From the NCBI GenBank assembly GCA_963675595.2, contig CAXXLZ010000002.1:3712001-3776000 (forward strand): a DNA stretch of 64,000 nt, in the 5' to 3' direction. Position 1 is the stretch's first letter. Each line of letters begins with the position of its first letter. Positions 9,024 to 18,232 of this stretch are shown here, in pieces. The translations under genes were made by a program, and so were the position numbers. The DNA comes from Thermodesulfobacteriota bacterium (GTDB lineage Bacteria; Desulfobacterota; Desulfarculia; JACQYL01). The notes below the pieces were generated by a model. It did not search any database, was not told where the DNA came from, and saw nothing but the letters and a program-made list of their open reading frames with translations.

Positions 9024-9135
9024 AATCTGCAGGTAGCTCCCATGGAAGTGCTGCGACGGCGGCGAGGCCAAGGTGGTTCAGGTGCGCCAAGTTCGGGCGG
9101 TGATTCTGAAATATAACATGGGAGGTGATCTGTAG
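9024..9135 (+). pseudogene. hicA: HicA-family toxin remnant
   Basis: NLQ, then a frame disruption, then DGGEAKVVQVRQVRAVILKYNMGGDL*. The stop abuts the hicB ATG, and there is no intact N-terminus. Confidence 0.65.
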
Positions 9136-9348
9136 ATGCTGAGATACGAGATCATCATTTATTGGAGTGAGGAGGACGGCGTGTTTGTGGCGGAAGTTCC
9201 CGAATTGCCGGGTTGTGCCGCACATGGCGCAACGGAGGAAGCCGCCCTCAAAAACGTGAAGGATGCCGTTGGGCTGTGGATCGATACGGCTCGGGAATTT
9301 GGAGATCCGATTCCGGAGCCCAAAGGGCGTCGTCTCATGTACGCGTAG
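9136..9348 (+). CDS. hicB: HicB-family antitoxin
   Basis: YEIIIYWSEEDGVFVAEVPELPGCAAHGATEEAAL...PIPEP, a typical short HicB. Confidence 0.9.
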   Translation: MLRYEIIIYWSEEDGVFVAEVPELPGCAAHGATEEAALKNVKDAVGLWIDTAREFGDPIPEPKGRRLMYA

Positions 9349-9477
9349 AACCGTGACGGTAGCGGTACCGATGCGGCCTTGCACGGCCGGACCTCTTCGG
9401 GTACGGCTCGATCATCGGTGGGAGAGGATGAACAGAGAATGTCATTGTCGGGAATCAACAACCCAAAGGAGAACCGA

Positions 9478-9972
9478 ATGAAAATCAGAATGACGGCATT
9501 GATCGCGGTGGTTTCCGTTTTCGTGCTCATGTTCGCAGGGGTGTCTTTCGCGCAGAAAGGCATGGGACAGGGCATGGGACAGGGCATGGGACAGGGCATG
9601 GGACAGGGAGGAGGCGGTTGGGGCAAAGGCGGCGCCTACAGCAGGATGTATGATCCCAACAGTGTGGTGACCATCACGGGTGAAGTGGTGAGCGTGGATA
9701 AGATCACGCCCATGAAGGGCATGTCCCACGGAGTTCACATTACGGTGAAGACCGACACGGAAACCGTGTCCGTGCATCTGGGGCCGGCCTGGTATCTGGA
9801 AAATCAGGACATCTCCATCCAACCCAAAGACGTGGTCACGGTCACGGGATCGCGCATCGACTTTCATGGTCAACCGGCCATCATTGCGTCTCAAGTGAAA
9901 AAAGGTGAAGACATGATCACGCTTCGGGATGAGCAGGGGGTTCCCGTGTGGAGCGGGTGGAAACAGCGGTAA
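9478..9972 (+). CDS. Exported OB-fold-like protein (MamS/MamX-like domain) with GMGQ repeats
   Basis: AAGGAG RBS, signal peptide ending SFA, motifs VHLGPAWYL and LRDEQGVPVW. Confidence 0.7.
   Translation: MKIRMTALIAVVSVFVLMFAGVSFAQKGMGQGMGQGMGQGMGQGGGGWGKGGAYSRMYDPNSVVTITGEVVSVDKITPMKGMSHGVHITVKTDTETVSVHLGPAWYLENQDISIQPKDVVTVTGSRIDFHGQPAIIASQVKKGEDMITLRDEQGVPVWSGWKQR
9559..9606 (+). repeat. 12-bp tandem repeat GGCATGGGACAG x4 (encodes GMGQ)
   Basis: Four perfect in-frame copies are visible. Confidence 0.95.
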
Positions 9973-10030
9973 TCAGATTCCGCCGCATGTTGAGGTGAGA
10001 AAGCCAAGCCGTATTCATTTCGTGGTGTGT

Positions 10031-10062
10031 CCGGGACAACCTTTTGAAAAGGGTCGTCCCGG
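10031..10062. repeat. REP-like palindrome variant
   Basis: CCGGGACAACCTTTTGAAAAGGGTCGTCCCGG followed by CCCCTTTCCAAGACTTTC, a tail similar to the one after the 8745 copy. Confidence 0.55.
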
Positions 10063-10410
10063 CCCCTTTCCAAGACTTTCCGAGAGGGTTGCCCGCTCGC
10101 GCGTCGCAACCGGGGTCGGGGAGGCTCTCCGAACAGGTTACCGGATCCAACCCACCGGAATGCTCGACGAGGGCGTGGCGGCTTGAATGCTTTCAATGGA
10201 TGGAGAACCTCATCGGTTCGGCTCCGTGCCCGGCGAGGCGTTGATTTCGTGATCAATGCAGGGTAGGAGTAAGAGAGCCGGCACGGGTCCTGAAACGGCC
10301 CCGAAGGATAGGATTGTCGGCGGGCGGGCAAACGCTCCCATCCAGGCCCATCCCTTGACGCACGTTCGGTCTTTTTCATTGAACCCTCATCGGTATCAGG
10401 AGGTTGCGGG

Positions 10411-11676
10411 ATGTCGAAGAAGAGAAAACTCGGAAGAGGCGTTGCGATCGTCGGCGCCGGTATGTCGAAGTTCGGGATGTTCAAGGACAGAGACTCCAAG
10501 GACGTATTCGTGGAGGCATATAAGGAAATGATGGCCTCCATAGACAAAGGCTTTGATCCCAACGATATCGACGCCTTGTACCTGGGGAACTTCACCAACG
10601 ATTTCTTTATGCACCAGGCCCACTGGGGACCCATCGTCACCGATTTGATCGGCATTACCCCCAAACCGGCGACGAGAACGGAAGGCGCGTGCGCATCGAG
10701 CGCTCTGGCGTTTCGTGAAGGCGTGTTCGCCATTGCGTCGGGCTTCTACGATCTGGTGCTGGTGGGCGGACTCGAAGAAATGTCCAAGCGCACCACCGAG
10801 GAAGTGGCCGAAGGGTTGGCCCTGGCGTCCGTACCTTACGAAATGAAAGTCGGTTTCACCTTTCCCGGCGTGTTCGGAACGCTGGCCACCGCGTATTTCG
10901 ACAAATACGGCGCGTCCCGGGAAGACCTCATGAACGTCACCATCAAGAGCCACAACAACGCGCCTCTGAATCCCAAGGCGCAGTTTCCCGTGACCATCCG
11001 TGACTTGATGGAATCCAGAAAAGCCAAGATGGAGCAGAAAGGCATGCCGGCTCCGGAGTGGCAGGATGAAAAGGATTTCCTCCGGGATCCGGCCATGAAT
11101 CCCGCGGTGGCGTGGCCCATGCACCTGTTCGACTGCTGCCCCATCAGCGACGGCGCGGCCTGCATGCTGCTGGCCTCCGAAGATATCGCCAAGAACTTCA
11201 CGGATACGCCCATTTCCATCATCGGGATCGGGCAGGGCAGTGGTCGCGGGCTCCACGCCGCGGCGGAACTCACCTCCTTTGAAGCCACCAAGAACGCGGC
11301 GGAAGAAGCCTACGGCATGTCCGGACTGACGCCGGAGGACATTCAGTTCGCCGAAGTGCACGACTGCTTTTCCATGGCGGAACTCATCCACATCGAGGAC
11401 CTGGGCTTCTTCAAGGCGGGGGAAGGATACAAGGCCGTGGGCGAAGGGTTGACGCGGCTGGACGGCCCCAAGCCCATCAACACCTCCGGCGGTCTCAAGT
11501 GCAAGGGACACCCGGTGGGCGCCACGGGCATCGCCCAGTTGTATGAAATCTGGACGCAGCTTCGAGGACAGGCCGGCAAACGCCAGGTGCCCATCAAGGA
11601 CCTGCGCATCGGCGGAGCCCACAACCTCGGCGGTACGGGCGGAACCTGCACCTTTACCATCCTGGAGAGGAGATAA
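10411..11676 (+). CDS. Thiolase, SCP-x/archaeal type (acetyl-CoA acyltransferase)
   Basis: EGACASS, EVHDCF, GHPVGATG and HNLGG motifs; AGGAGG RBS. Confidence 0.92.
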   Translation: MSKKRKLGRGVAIVGAGMSKFGMFKDRDSKDVFVEAYKEMMASIDKGFDPNDIDALYLGNFTNDFFMHQAHWGPIVTDLIGITPKPATRTEGACASSALAFREGVFAIASGFYDLVLVGGLEEMSKRTTEEVAEGLALASVPYEMKVGFTFPGVFGTLATAYFDKYGASREDLMNVTIKSHNNAPLNPKAQFPVTIRDLMESRKAKMEQKGMPAPEWQDEKDFLRDPAMNPAVAWPMHLFDCCPISDGAACMLLASEDIAKNFTDTPISIIGIGQGSGRGLHAAAELTSFEATKNAAEEAYGMSGLTPEDIQFAEVHDCFSMAELIHIEDLGFFKAGEGYKAVGEGLTRLDGPKPINTSGGLKCKGHPVGATGIAQLYEIWTQLRGQAGKRQVPIKDLRIGGAHNLGGTGGTCTFTILERR

Positions 11677-11680
11677 ACCC

Positions 11681-12097
11681 ATGATCGACAAACCGTTGAG
11701 CGATGTTTCATATGAGCAGTTCCTGAGGGAAGACAAGCTCATGGGGTCTCGCTGCAAGAAATGCGGAGACGTATTCACCCCTCCCAGGCCCATTTGCCCC
11801 AAATGCACCGATTCCGAGCTCGAATGGGTTCAGATGAAGGGAACCGGCAAGCTCGCGGCCTTTACCTGCATTTCCATCGGCCCCGGGTTCATGAACGCGG
11901 AAGGATTCAGCCGCAAGAATCCCTATTGCGTCGGCGTGGTGGAACTGGATGAAGGCACCAGAGTGGACGCCCGCATCGAAGGCGTGGACACCCTGAATCC
12001 GGAGACCATCAAAGTGGGTACGCCCATGACGGTGAAATTCCTCCATCGGGGCGAAGGGATCGACCAGAAGGTATTTCTCGCTTTTGAACCGGTCTGA
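11681..12097 (+). CDS. DUF35 Zn-ribbon/OB-fold thiolase partner
   Basis: CKKCG...PPRPICPKC zinc ribbon plus OB region; directly follows the thiolase. Confidence 0.9.
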   Translation: MIDKPLSDVSYEQFLREDKLMGSRCKKCGDVFTPPRPICPKCTDSELEWVQMKGTGKLAAFTCISIGPGFMNAEGFSRKNPYCVGVVELDEGTRVDARIEGVDTLNPETIKVGTPMTVKFLHRGEGIDQKVFLAFEPV

Positions 12098-12130
12098 CGC
12101 CCGGTTGCTTGAATTCGTCGGTTGAACGTA

Positions 12131-12168
12131 CCGGGGGACGCTTTCCATAAGCCCCCCGGTTTTTTTTT
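12131..12168 (+). terminator. Rho-independent terminator
   Basis: CCGGGGG...CCCCCGG stem followed by a T run, just after DUF35. Confidence 0.75.
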
Positions 12169-12281
12169 CGCGGACCTGCTTCTCCGAAAATCGAAGGGTC
12201 AAGTCCACAAGATTTTTTGACGAGGCAATCCGCAATTCCCTATGATTGATTGTGGATGACGAAATTCCGTACGCATTCACC

Positions 12282-12366
12282 GGGGGGGAACTTTTTAAAA
12301 AGTTCCCCCCCCGGTACCCGCTCTCAAAAATTTCAACCAGGCCTCACCGCCTCCGGCGGAGAGGCT
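12282..12366 (+). repeat. REP-like intergenic element, inverted copy of 7105-7186
   Basis: GGGGGGGAACTTTTTAAAAAGTTCCCCCCC...GGCCTCACCGCCTCCGGCGGAGAGGCT. Confidence 0.8.
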
Positions 12367-12541
12367 CCATGCGGCGAGTGGATTTCCGGATTCGGGCGCC
12401 TTTGTCGAAGGCTCCGTTCCTAATGCGTCCGGCAATCGGTTTCCCTACCTACCCTGCGGGCGGCTACGAAATTTCGGATGGGTTCCGGCTCCGTAGGAAT
12501 CGGGGACGACTTCTTGGTTTGACTGCAAGGGAGGAGACGAG

Positions 12542-15487
12542 GTGTTTTCACCGGCGAAGCTTTGGAAAACCCGTTGGGGAAAGGCGGCCGCGGTTTCCGT
12601 CGTGCTGCTTCTGCTCTATACCGTGGTGGGATTTCTCGTGGTCCCGTGGACCGCGAAGTCCATGCTCGCGGAGAAACTCTCCCAAGCCCTCAACCGGCAG
12701 GTCTCCGTGCAACGGGTACGAACCAACCCGTACACTTTTTTCGCGCAGGTGGAGGGGCTGGAAGCCAAGGACCCGGATGGGAAGACTTTCTTCTCCTTGA
12801 AAAGTTTTTCAGTGAACATGGGGTTCTGGTCCTCTCTTTTTCACCTGGCTCCCGTGGTGAGCGAATGCTTGTTGGAGGACCCGTATGTTCGCGTGGTGCG
12901 ACACGCGGATGGGCGGTTTAATTTTTCGGACCTTACCGAAGCCGACGACAAAGAGGAGGCTCCGCCGGAACAAAAAGCCCCGGAAGGCGGGGACGTGCCG
13001 GCCTTTTCTCTGTCGAAGTTCAAAATTTCCGGAGGGAGCATCGACTATCAGGATGAGAAAAAGCACTTCAGCCACGATTTTAGCCGGTTGGCCCTGGATT
13101 TACCCTTTATTTCCACCATGAAGAAGGAGTCCGAAGGCGAATCCGTGTTCTCGTTTTCGGGGGAGACTTCGGCCGAGGAGGTCGTGCTTTCCGACGGGGC
13201 TCTGGAACTGCGGCCGTTTCGGGTGTCGGGAACGATCGAACTGAAGGGCATTCCCATCAAAAAGTATACGCCCTATTTCGCGGATCTGATCCGGTTCGAG
13301 ATTGCGGACGGGTCGTTGTCCGTGAAGTCGAGCTTCCGGTTCGGCGCGATTGCCGAGGATTTGCCGGAAATTCATGACGTGGGATTGAAAATCGATTCTC
13401 TCCGCCTGGTTTCAACGGACAAGGTTCCTTTTGTGGTCATCCCTTCCCTGGCCGTGAAGGACGCGGATGTCCATCTCAAGGGCAGACGCGTGTCCGTGGG
13501 AGAGATTTCGACGGAACAAGGGGAGGTCCGGGTTCTGAGAGATGAAAACGGCGCGCTGAATCTGCAGAATCTCGTGGCCGGCGGTGGTGCGGACACCAAG
13601 GAAGCGCCCGAGGAATCGGAGACGACTTCGGAGGACGCTTGGGTCTTCGAGCTGAAAAACGGGCGTGTGGGTCATTATGCGGTTCACGTGGAGGATCGGG
13701 TTCCCGCCGATCCGGCGGTGGTGGACTTGCGGGACCTTGCCGTGGAAGTGACCGATCTCAAGACGGAGGAGAACGCCGAGGCGAAAATCCGCGTTGCCTC
13801 CAACATCAACGACAACGGCACGGCGGAAATTCAAGGCCGAATGACCCTGATTCCCTTGAGCCTGGACCTTTCCCTGGACGTCCAAAAAGTGGACCTGCCT
13901 CCTTTCCAGCCGTACCTTCCGCCGAACGTCAAGGTGGTGCTCAAGAAAGGTTATGCCCAGACCAAGGGCGAATTCCGGTTGGACGCGAGCGGCTCCTCGG
14001 ATCCCGAAATCTCCTACGCCGGCGATGTTTCGGTGATGGACCTGGCGACCGTGGATGACGTGTCACAAAGCCGACTCATCGACTGGGACGCCCTGGAATT
14101 TTCCAAAATGGACCTGAACGTGCGTCCGTTCCGTTTGTCCGTCAAGGGTGTCGGACTCACGGGAATGCGTTGCCGCCTGATCATCGAGAAGAACGGCGCC
14201 ATTAATCTGGCCGAGGCTTTCGCCTCCTCACCCGCGAAAGACGGCGGGGAGCCGGAGGAACCTTCACCCGCCGAGAAGGATGCGTCGAATTCAGCGTCCG
14301 TCGATGTGGGCGGGGTCACGGTGCAAAACGGGCAAATCGATTTCTCGGATTACAGCATTCAACCGAATTTCAACAGCGCGTTGCAGGAACTCACAGGCAC
14401 CGTTTCCCGGTTGCATACGGGGCAGAAAGAGCCCAGCGAAATCCTGATCCAGGGGAAAATGGGGGAATACGCGCCTCTTGAAATCAAGGGGAAGGTCAAT
14501 CTTTTCAGCAAAGGTCTGTATGCGGACGTGGGTCTGAACTTCAAGAACATCAACCTGGATCCCATGGACCCGTACTCGGGAACCTATCTGGGATACGTCA
14601 TCAAGCGCGGTCGATTGAGCCTGGCGTTGAATTACCAGTTGGTCGAAAATAGACTACAGGCCAAGAACCGCATCCGGTTGGATCAGTTCGAGTTGGGAGA
14701 CAATGTTGACAGCCCCAAAGCCACCTCCCTGCCGGTTCGATTCGCCATTGCGCTGCTGAAGGACAGGGACGGGAACATCGACTTGAACATTCCGGTTGCG
14801 GGAGAAGTGAACGACCCCAAGTTCGACTTGGGCGAGGTCATTGTAAAAGCACTGACCAGCCTGGTGTCCAAACTGGTCAGCGCGCCTTTCGCCGCCCTGG
14901 GCGCGGTTTTCGCCGGCGGCGAGGACCTGAGCTTCGTGGTGTTTCCCTACGGCAGCGCGGAACTGACCCTGGACCAGGAAGAGAAGCTCAACAACCTGGA
15001 GACGGCGCTTTACGAGCGTCCCGAGCTGACCATCGAGATTCGAGGTCGGGCGGTGGAGAATTTGGACTCCCCGGCCCTGAGGGACAACCAGTTCGAGATG
15101 CTGCTCAAAATGGAAAAGAGAAAGGATCTCCAGCAGAAGGGGACTTTCGCGCCGCCCCTGGAAGAGATCAAGGTACTCCCCGGAGAGCGGGAAACCTACA
15201 TCCGGCAGGCCTACGAGCGGTCCGATTTTCCCAAGCCCAAGGATGCCCGGGGCAAAGTCGTACCCATTTCTTTCGAGGAAATTCGGAAGCTGCTCTTCAC
15301 TCACGTGGAGGTGCCGCGGATGGAATTGACCGATCTGGCCGATGAACGGGCCGAGAACGCCAAGAAGTATCTGCTCAGGGACGGAAAAGTCTCACCGGAT
15401 CGAATCCGCGTAGCGGACGGCCAAGTCGTGGCCGAAGCGGAGGGTCGGGACGACGGACTGGTGGGAGTGAATTTCGAACTGAAATAA
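12542..15487 (+). CDS. DUF748 (AsmA-like) envelope protein with OmpA-like C-terminal region
   Basis: N-terminal TM anchor, DGRFNFSDL, LPVRFAIALLKDRDGNIDLNIPVAG and LADERAENAKKYL; 981 aa. Confidence 0.85.
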   Translation: MFSPAKLWKTRWGKAAAVSVVLLLLYTVVGFLVVPWTAKSMLAEKLSQALNRQVSVQRVRTNPYTFFAQVEGLEAKDPDGKTFFSLKSFSVNMGFWSSLFHLAPVVSECLLEDPYVRVVRHADGRFNFSDLTEADDKEEAPPEQKAPEGGDVPAFSLSKFKISGGSIDYQDEKKHFSHDFSRLALDLPFISTMKKESEGESVFSFSGETSAEEVVLSDGALELRPFRVSGTIELKGIPIKKYTPYFADLIRFEIADGSLSVKSSFRFGAIAEDLPEIHDVGLKIDSLRLVSTDKVPFVVIPSLAVKDADVHLKGRRVSVGEISTEQGEVRVLRDENGALNLQNLVAGGGADTKEAPEESETTSEDAWVFELKNGRVGHYAVHVEDRVPADPAVVDLRDLAVEVTDLKTEENAEAKIRVASNINDNGTAEIQGRMTLIPLSLDLSLDVQKVDLPPFQPYLPPNVKVVLKKGYAQTKGEFRLDASGSSDPEISYAGDVSVMDLATVDDVSQSRLIDWDALEFSKMDLNVRPFRLSVKGVGLTGMRCRLIIEKNGAINLAEAFASSPAKDGGEPEEPSPAEKDASNSASVDVGGVTVQNGQIDFSDYSIQPNFNSALQELTGTVSRLHTGQKEPSEILIQGKMGEYAPLEIKGKVNLFSKGLYADVGLNFKNINLDPMDPYSGTYLGYVIKRGRLSLALNYQLVENRLQAKNRIRLDQFELGDNVDSPKATSLPVRFAIALLKDRDGNIDLNIPVAGEVNDPKFDLGEVIVKALTSLVSKLVSAPFAALGAVFAGGEDLSFVVFPYGSAELTLDQEEKLNNLETALYERPELTIEIRGRAVENLDSPALRDNQFEMLLKMEKRKDLQQKGTFAPPLEEIKVLPGERETYIRQAYERSDFPKPKDARGKVVPISFEEIRKLLFTHVEVPRMELTDLADERAENAKKYLLRDGKVSPDRIRVADGQVVAEAEGRDDGLVGVNFELK

Positions 15488-15584
15488 GTGCGACCGACCC
15501 GTTTCGGGCCGGCCGCACTCAAATACTTGACCGGGGGGGCTGGTCGATCGCCCCCGGCCGAGGTGTTTCGGAATAAGCCGGCGG

Positions 15585-16580
15585 CTATTCCGCCTTGATT
15601 TTCTTGATTTCTTCCGTGAGTGCCGGGACGTAGTCGAAAAGGTCTCCCACCACGCCGTAATCCGATTTCTGAAAAATGGGCGCGTCGGGGTCCTTGTTGA
15701 TGGCCACGATGACTTTCGAGGAGGCCATACCCGCCAAGTGCTGGATGGAACCGGAGATTCCGCAGGCGATGTAAAGGTTGGGGGTGACCACCTTGCCCGT
15801 CTGTCCGACCTGATCCCCGTGGTGCCGCCATCCGGCGTCCACTGCGGAACGGGAAGCGCCCACCGTGGCTCCGAGCACGTCGGCCAGCGCTTCGAGAATG
15901 GCGAAGTTCTCTCCGCTCTTCATTCCTCGACCGCCGGAAACGATGATTTCCGCTTCGGTAAGGTCCACCTTGCCGGTTTCGTCCGCCAGGACTTCCACCA
16001 CTTCCGTTTTGAGGGACGCCGCATCCAGGGACACGGGCTTGGTTTCCACCTCGGCCTTCCGGCTTTCGTCCGGGGGCGCCGGGGTCAACACGTTGGGACG
16101 GGCCGTGGCCATTTGCAGGCCCTCACCCTGATACCCCACTTCGGCCATCACCTTGCCGGCGAAAATAGGCCGGGTGGCCACCAGGTTGCCGCCGTCGTCC
16201 AAGTCGAACCCCACGCAGTCCATGGCCAGGCCGGCGTCCAGTGCGGCGGCCAAACGAGCCGAGAGGTCCTTACCCTGGGCCGACGCTCCCAGAAGCAGAA
16301 TCGCGGGGGCGCCTTCTTTTGCCACGGGTACGATGGCTCCGCAGTAGGCGTCCGTGGTGTAGGCGGCCAGTTTGTCGTCTTCCAGCACGATGACGCGGTC
16401 CGCGCCGTAAGCGCCCAGGCCCGCCGCTTTTTCACCGATGCCGGGGCCTCCGGCCAGCACGGAGGTAACCTGACCTCCGGTTCGGTCCGCCAGCCTTCTC
16501 GCCTCACTGATCACCTCGAAGGTGACCTTTCGAATGTCTCCGTTGCGCTGTTCCGCGATCGTCCAAATATCCTTTGCCAT
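15585..16580 (-). CDS. etfA: Electron transfer flavoprotein alpha subunit
   Basis: [30 protein letters not shown] and [11 protein letters not shown] motifs. Confidence 0.97.
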   Translation of the reverse strand: MAKDIWTIAEQRNGDIRKVTFEVISEARRLADRTGGQVTSVLAGGPGIGEKAAGLGAYGADRVIVLEDDKLAAYTTDAYCGAIVPVAKEGAPAILLLGASAQGKDLSARLAAALDAGLAMDCVGFDLDDGGNLVATRPIFAGKVMAEVGYQGEGLQMATARPNVLTPAPPDESRKAEVETKPVSLDAASLKTEVVEVLADETGKVDLTEAEIIVSGGRGMKSGENFAILEALADVLGATVGASRSAVDAGWRHHGDQVGQTGKVVTPNLYIACGISGSIQHLAGMASSKVIVAINKDPDAPIFQKSDYGVVGDLFDYVPALTEEIKKIKAE

Positions 16581-16643
16581 ATCGGTGATTCTCCCTATGG
16601 TCTGGAGGTCGTTTGTCGCTTGATGAAGAACCGGGCGAACCCG

Positions 16644-17438
16644 TTAGATGACTTTGGCCTCTTCGCGAAGCAGCCTGGCCAATTCGGCGGAGGTTTCCTC
16701 CACCGTTTCCCCGGAAACGATCTTGCCCGCTTCTCGCTGGGGAGGAGGCGTCAATTTGAGCACCCGGGATCGGCTTCCAGCGGCGCCCACGGTGGCGGCG
16801 TCCAGTCCCAGGTCCGCGGCTTTCTTTTCCTCCATCGGTTTCTTCTTGGCTTTCATGATACCCGGCAGGGAGGCGTAGCGAGGCTCGTTGAGACCTTTCT
16901 GGCAGGTAATCAAGGCCGGGAGGGAGGAGCGGATGACCAGGGTCGCGCCTTCCACGGGACGGTTCACCGTAACGGAGGTCGCATCGTCGGCGACTTCCAC
17001 TTTGGTGATTACGGAAAGGTTGGGGATTCCTAAATATTCCGCCAGGGCGGCGCCCACGGTGGTATTGTCGTTGTCGATGGCCCGCTGTCCGCAGAAAACC
17101 AGGTCGTGCGGAATCGTCTTGATGGCCGCGGCCAGGGCTCGCGCCACGGCGAAGGAGTCGCCGCCTTCCAGCGCGTCGTCGTTGAGCAGCATGCCCTTGT
17201 CCGCTCCCATGGCCAGGGCCGTGCGTACGGCTTCCGTGGCCCTCTTGGGCCCCAAGCTCACCACGGTCACCGTTCCGCCGAGTTTCTCTCTAAGGCGCAG
17301 GGCCTCTTCCACCCCGAATTCGTCATAGGGGCTCATGACCCATTTGATGTCGTCCGTCACGATTCCCGTGCCCTCCGCATTGATCTTGATTTGGGTCTCG
17401 GTATCGGGAACCTGCTTGATGCATACCACGATCTCCAT
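16644..17438 (-). CDS. etfB: Electron transfer flavoprotein beta subunit
   Basis: VCIKQVPD, ALAMGAD and NEPRYASLPGIMKAKKK motifs. Confidence 0.97.
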   Translation of the reverse strand: MEIVVCIKQVPDTETQIKINAEGTGIVTDDIKWVMSPYDEFGVEEALRLREKLGGTVTVVSLGPKRATEAVRTALAMGADKGMLLNDDALEGGDSFAVARALAAAIKTIPHDLVFCGQRAIDNDNTTVGAALAEYLGIPNLSVITKVEVADDATSVTVNRPVEGATLVIRSSLPALITCQKGLNEPRYASLPGIMKAKKKPMEEKKAADLGLDAATVGAAGSRSRVLKLTPPPQREAGKIVSGETVEETSAELARLLREEAKVI

Positions 17439-17522
17439 TTCCGTCTCCTTTCCCTATGGGGAATTGGGGTTGCGGCCATGATGATTCAATCCCCCGCATG
17501 TTCGGGGGGGGATGGCCGCTTG

Positions 17523-18122
17523 TCAGTCGGTTTCGGAATCCCGGCGCAGACCGGCCACAAAGATATCGCTGATTTGCTTCGCAGCCACCTCGGGGGTGTA
17601 GGACCGTTTCGAGGAGAGAACCCAGTAACGGGACATCTCGTCCAGCGCCCCGAAAAAGGCCCTTTGAGCGATACTTGGGACGGCGTCCTTGCGGAAGACC
17701 CCTTGTTCCTGCCCTTCCCGGATGATTTCCGAGATGAGATGGAGGTATTCCCGGAACTGCTCGTTTCTATATTCCTTCATGAACTTGCTGCTTTGGCGTA
17801 TTTCCACTTGAATGACTTCAGCGAGCTCTTTGTCGGATTGCACGAGTTCGAGATGGACTTTTGCGAACCGGCGGATTCTTTCCACAGGATCGTCCAGGGA
17901 AGCGAGCTGCTCTTTCATGCGGTGGAGAATCTTCTCCATTTCCACTTCAAAGAGGCTGATGAGGATATCGTCTTTGTTTTGGAAGTAGAGGTAGATGGTG
18001 CCGTCGGCGACCTGCGCCTCCTTGGCGATTTCGGACACCTTGGCGTTGTAGAAGCCTTTCTTGGCGAAGACCTTGACAGCGGCATTGATGATGCGGTTAT
18101 ATTTATCCGTATTTCGCTTCAT
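17523..18122 (-). CDS. fadR: TetR-family regulator, FadR/YsiA-like
   Basis: TetR HTH IAKEAQVADGTIYLYFQNK and VIQVEIRQSSKFM; lies upstream of etfBA, with a FadR-type operator in front. Confidence 0.8.
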   Translation of the reverse strand: MKRNTDKYNRIINAAVKVFAKKGFYNAKVSEIAKEAQVADGTIYLYFQNKDDILISLFEVEMEKILHRMKEQLASLDDPVERIRRFAKVHLELVQSDKELAEVIQVEIRQSSKFMKEYRNEQFREYLHLISEIIREGQEQGVFRKDAVPSIAQRAFFGALDEMSRYWVLSSKRSYTPEVAAKQISDIFVAGLRRDSETD

Positions 18123-18146
18123 GGCATTTTGCGGCGGGGAGTGTTT

Positions 18147-18166
18147 ATGAATGATTGTTCATTCAT
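18147..18166. promoter_or_regulatory. FadR-type operator palindrome
   Basis: ATGAATGA-TTGT-TCATTCAT, a perfect inverted repeat 25 bp upstream of the tetR start. Confidence 0.85.
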
Positions 18167-18170
18167 GAGG

Positions 18171-18199
18171 AATGTAGCCCAGCGCCCCAACCCTGTCAA
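18171..18199 (-). promoter_or_regulatory. Sigma70 promoter of fadR-etfB-etfA
   Basis: Minus strand TTGACA-N17-TACATT, directly upstream of the operator. Confidence 0.75.
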
Positions 18200-18232
18200 G
18201 TTTTTTTTCCCTTTCGGCATGCCCTTAATCCA

